Positions 61,307-64,000 of a stretch of DNA of 64,000 nt are shown piece after piece. The stretch lies in NCBI RefSeq assembly GCF_009914755.1, contig NC_060947.1; one strand, given 5' to 3'. The notes under the pieces were generated by a model. The model was not told the origin of the DNA. It ran no database searches and worked only from the letters and a program-made list of their open reading frames with translations. Every line of letters begins with the position of its first letter. The first letter of the stretch is position 1. The stretch is from the human T2T-CHM13v2.0 reference genome, Homo sapiens. Position numbers and translations under genes: made by a program.

Positions 61307-62945
61307 GAAATGGTTACTGGAAGCTGGAAGGATGGAATTCATGTTATCTAATTGTGAAACAGTAAAACCATAACTCACAATAATTTCAGAGGCAGTACTT
61401 AGAAACTTTAGCTCTAAGATAAGAGAACGGAAAAGAGGACTTTTACAGCATGTGGGGAATGCTGCTGTCTGCATTAGATAAGGTAGTAAATGACTGAAAT
61501 GTACTGAGAAAATAATAGGCCAATTTGCAAGAAGAAATGAAAGAGAAGAGAAAAGGTCCACAAATAAGAGGAATTTCACAGAGTGGAAGAGGCAACTTCT
61601 TCTTAATACCAAACAATAAAAGACAAAATCGAGAAATACTTTGAGTGAAAAAAGCTGATAAAAATCCAACCTGGAAAGAAAGATGCAATCTAGGCTATGG
61701 GCTTTACACCCTCTTTTAGAACCACTAAATAGATTAAAATGTTTCAACCGCATGAAATAATTCAGTAAAAAAGAAACTCAGAATGTCTCTTCCACAAAAG
61801 CCAAAAGACCTAAAATTAAGTTGAAAGAGAGAAGACAAATAGAGGTAAAACATATATATTCCATATTACACACACACACAGAATCTAAAATACTTGTCTA
61901 TAAAATAACTGTTGATATGACTATAATTCCATGGGGATAACAGAAATCTCTTGACAAATTTATATTGGTAAAGTACTGTCAAGCTATAGTAAAATATAAT
62001 GTGATCGTCTAGGAATTAAAATGACAGCTTGGTCACCAAACACTTATGCTACAAGTGAGCTATGAAAATTGCTCCTTCCTCAAATAGGTCATTTTTCCAA
62101 TGCTCACTTTTCATATGGCTTACAAAAACAAACAAAAAGAAGTTCTGTGAGGTCACAACCAAAGGCCACAGAGAATTAATGGCTAAGCCTCTTCCAGAGA
62201 AAATGGGGCCAAATAAAGGATTATTTTCTGCTCTAGGGTAAGATGCCCTAGAAAGTCTGCCTAGAACTTACAAGTTACTACAGGCCAATGGATGCTATGA
62301 CGCCCTTTATTTTCCTTTATAAATGGTAAGCATTATCTATTCCATAGTATATTTTGTTTGTGTGAGTTTCAATTAACTTGCTTTTTTCAGTACATTAATT
62401 TCTACATCAAGGTGATTCACAGAAAGTAGTACAACACATCATTCCCATTTAGAGTGACAACTGTGCACCGCTGAGAGATCTTGGACTAATTGATTCTGAG
62501 ACTGGGTGGGATTTTGTTTTGTGTGTCTTGGTAAGTGGCAGAGTATAAATTGCGGGAAGGAGAATGAGCCACATATATGTTGATTAGAATAGAGGACTCT
62601 GGTAGCCATCAGTGTTCTTCAACAAATATTTTTCACTTCCCTCCTTCCAGGTACCCTTGAAAGTTAGCTGAGGTCTTCTTGTGACTGACTATGGCCAATG
62701 CAACAGAAGTAGTAGTAATATATAGAACTCTGGGCCAAAGCTTATCATAACCAATATGCATATCAACGTATATCTTCCCATTGTTTCAGCGATTGAGAAA
62801 AAATGAGTTGAAATAAAACCGGCAGCCATGCTCCCTTTGTGACAATGATATGTAGAGATGCTCACAACCCTCTTCCACTGACTCAAACTGGATATGTAGC
62901 ATGAGCAAGAAAATAAACACTTCCATTACCTTAAAAAAACAAAAA
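61307..62945 (+). other. L1 3'-transduced segment with a second A-tail
   Basis: Lies between the L1 poly(A) and AATAAA (62912-62917), A-tail (62933-62945) and TSD (62946-62960). Confidence 0.88.
62598..62932 (+). mobile_element. 3'-truncated MLT1J/K-like LTR, preceded by MLT1-internal-like sequence
   Basis: Purine tract agaatagaggac, then ccttgaaagttag...gtgactgactatggccaatg...gcatgagcaagaaaataaac. Confidence 0.6.
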
Positions 62946-63534
62946 GAAATGAAGCATGTCTACACTTATTAAATACTTAATATTTGCTGTTATTATTATT
63001 ATTATCATAATTGTCAGGATCATCATTCTACCCCAGTTTTCACTGGACTTAAGATTCTCTCTGGATCCTTCCAACTTCTCCTAGTCCTTCCCTAGCCAGA
63101 TGAAAACATATTTTTAGCTACTTAACCATATTCATGGATTGGAGATACCTCCACTCAATCAGAAGTTCTATGCTCAATCCAGAAGGTAAACAATCCCTGA
63201 TTCAGAATAGGACTTACCTCTGTGCTTCTGTAGCTGGTTCCTGTTCACAAACTACCTAAATTTCTGGATTTCTGACTGTCTGGACCTCAGAGAATTTATT
63301 TCTTCTCTGCATCATGCCCCTATGCCTGGATATCAGACCTTTAGCTTACTTTTGACCATGCATAACTCTAGACTCCTTCTCCTTGCCACAGTTCCTTGGT
63401 TTCCAAATATTGGCCCACTTTAACCTTCTGGCAATCACTAATATAGGAGACCTTCTGATTTCCAACCTAGATTGAAATTCTTATTTGGGGTTGTCAATCT
63501 GATAATTCCTATTATAATCTCATGTCTAGGCAGT

Positions 63535-64000
63535 CTTTTTTTCTTTTTCTTTTTTATTATACTTTAATTTCTGGGGTACATGTGCAGAACATGGAGGTTT
63601 GTTACATAGGTATACATGTGCCGTGGTGGTTTGCTGAACCCATCAACCCATCATCTACATTAGGTATTTCTCCTAATGCTATGCCTCCCTTAAACCCTCA
63701 CCCCCCAAATGGCCCTGGTGTGTGATGTTCCCCTCCCTGTGTCCATGTGTTCTCATTGTTCAACTCCCACTTATGAGTGAGAACATATGGTGTTGGTTTT
63801 CTAGTCTTGTGTTAAGTTTGCTGAGAATGATGGTTTCCAGCTTCATTCATGTCCCTGCAAAGGGCATGAAATCATTCTTTTTTATGGCTGCATAGTATTC
63901 CGTGGTGTATATGTGCCACATTTTTTAATCCAGTCTATCATTGATGGGCATTTGGGTTGGTTCCAAGTCTTTGCTATTGTGAATAGTGCCGCCACAAACA
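63535..64000 (-). mobile_element. L1PA7/8-like 3' end running off the window
   Basis: Poly(T) followed by antisense 3'UTR and the ORF2 end. Confidence 0.95.

Noticed and set aside
61304-61315. aagaaatg after the L1 poly(A) as the 3' TSD
   Set aside because: Only gaaatg matches the 5' flank. The 14/15 match at 62946, with MIR continuity, is far better.

Overview
The window is AT-rich, CpG-depleted primate (human-like) intronic or intergenic DNA dominated by transposable elements: L1PA/L1M LINEs, Alus, MaLR LTRs, a Tigger, and many MIR/L2 relics. Every long ORF in the track is L1 ORF1, ORF2 or ORF0, or a simple-repeat artefact. I cannot support a host protein-coding gene, an RNA gene or a CRISPR array, and I see no convincing undescribed biological system. 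The best-supported observations are rearrangement events readable from the sequence. (1) A full-length L1PA4-like element (55199-61306) carries a ~1.6 kb 3' transduction that ends at an MaLR LTR poly(A) signal and is closed by a distal TSD at 62946. (2) A 219-bp templated copy of nearby unique DNA (6875-7096) is pasted into an L1 at 4912-5130 with microhomologies. (3) A twin-primed, chimeric L1 (33207-34270) has a younger part that shares uncommon variants, including an ORF2 nonsense change, with the full-length L1 27 kb away. Subfamily calls and ancient-repeat boundaries are by eye, from recalled consensus sequences, and are approximate.
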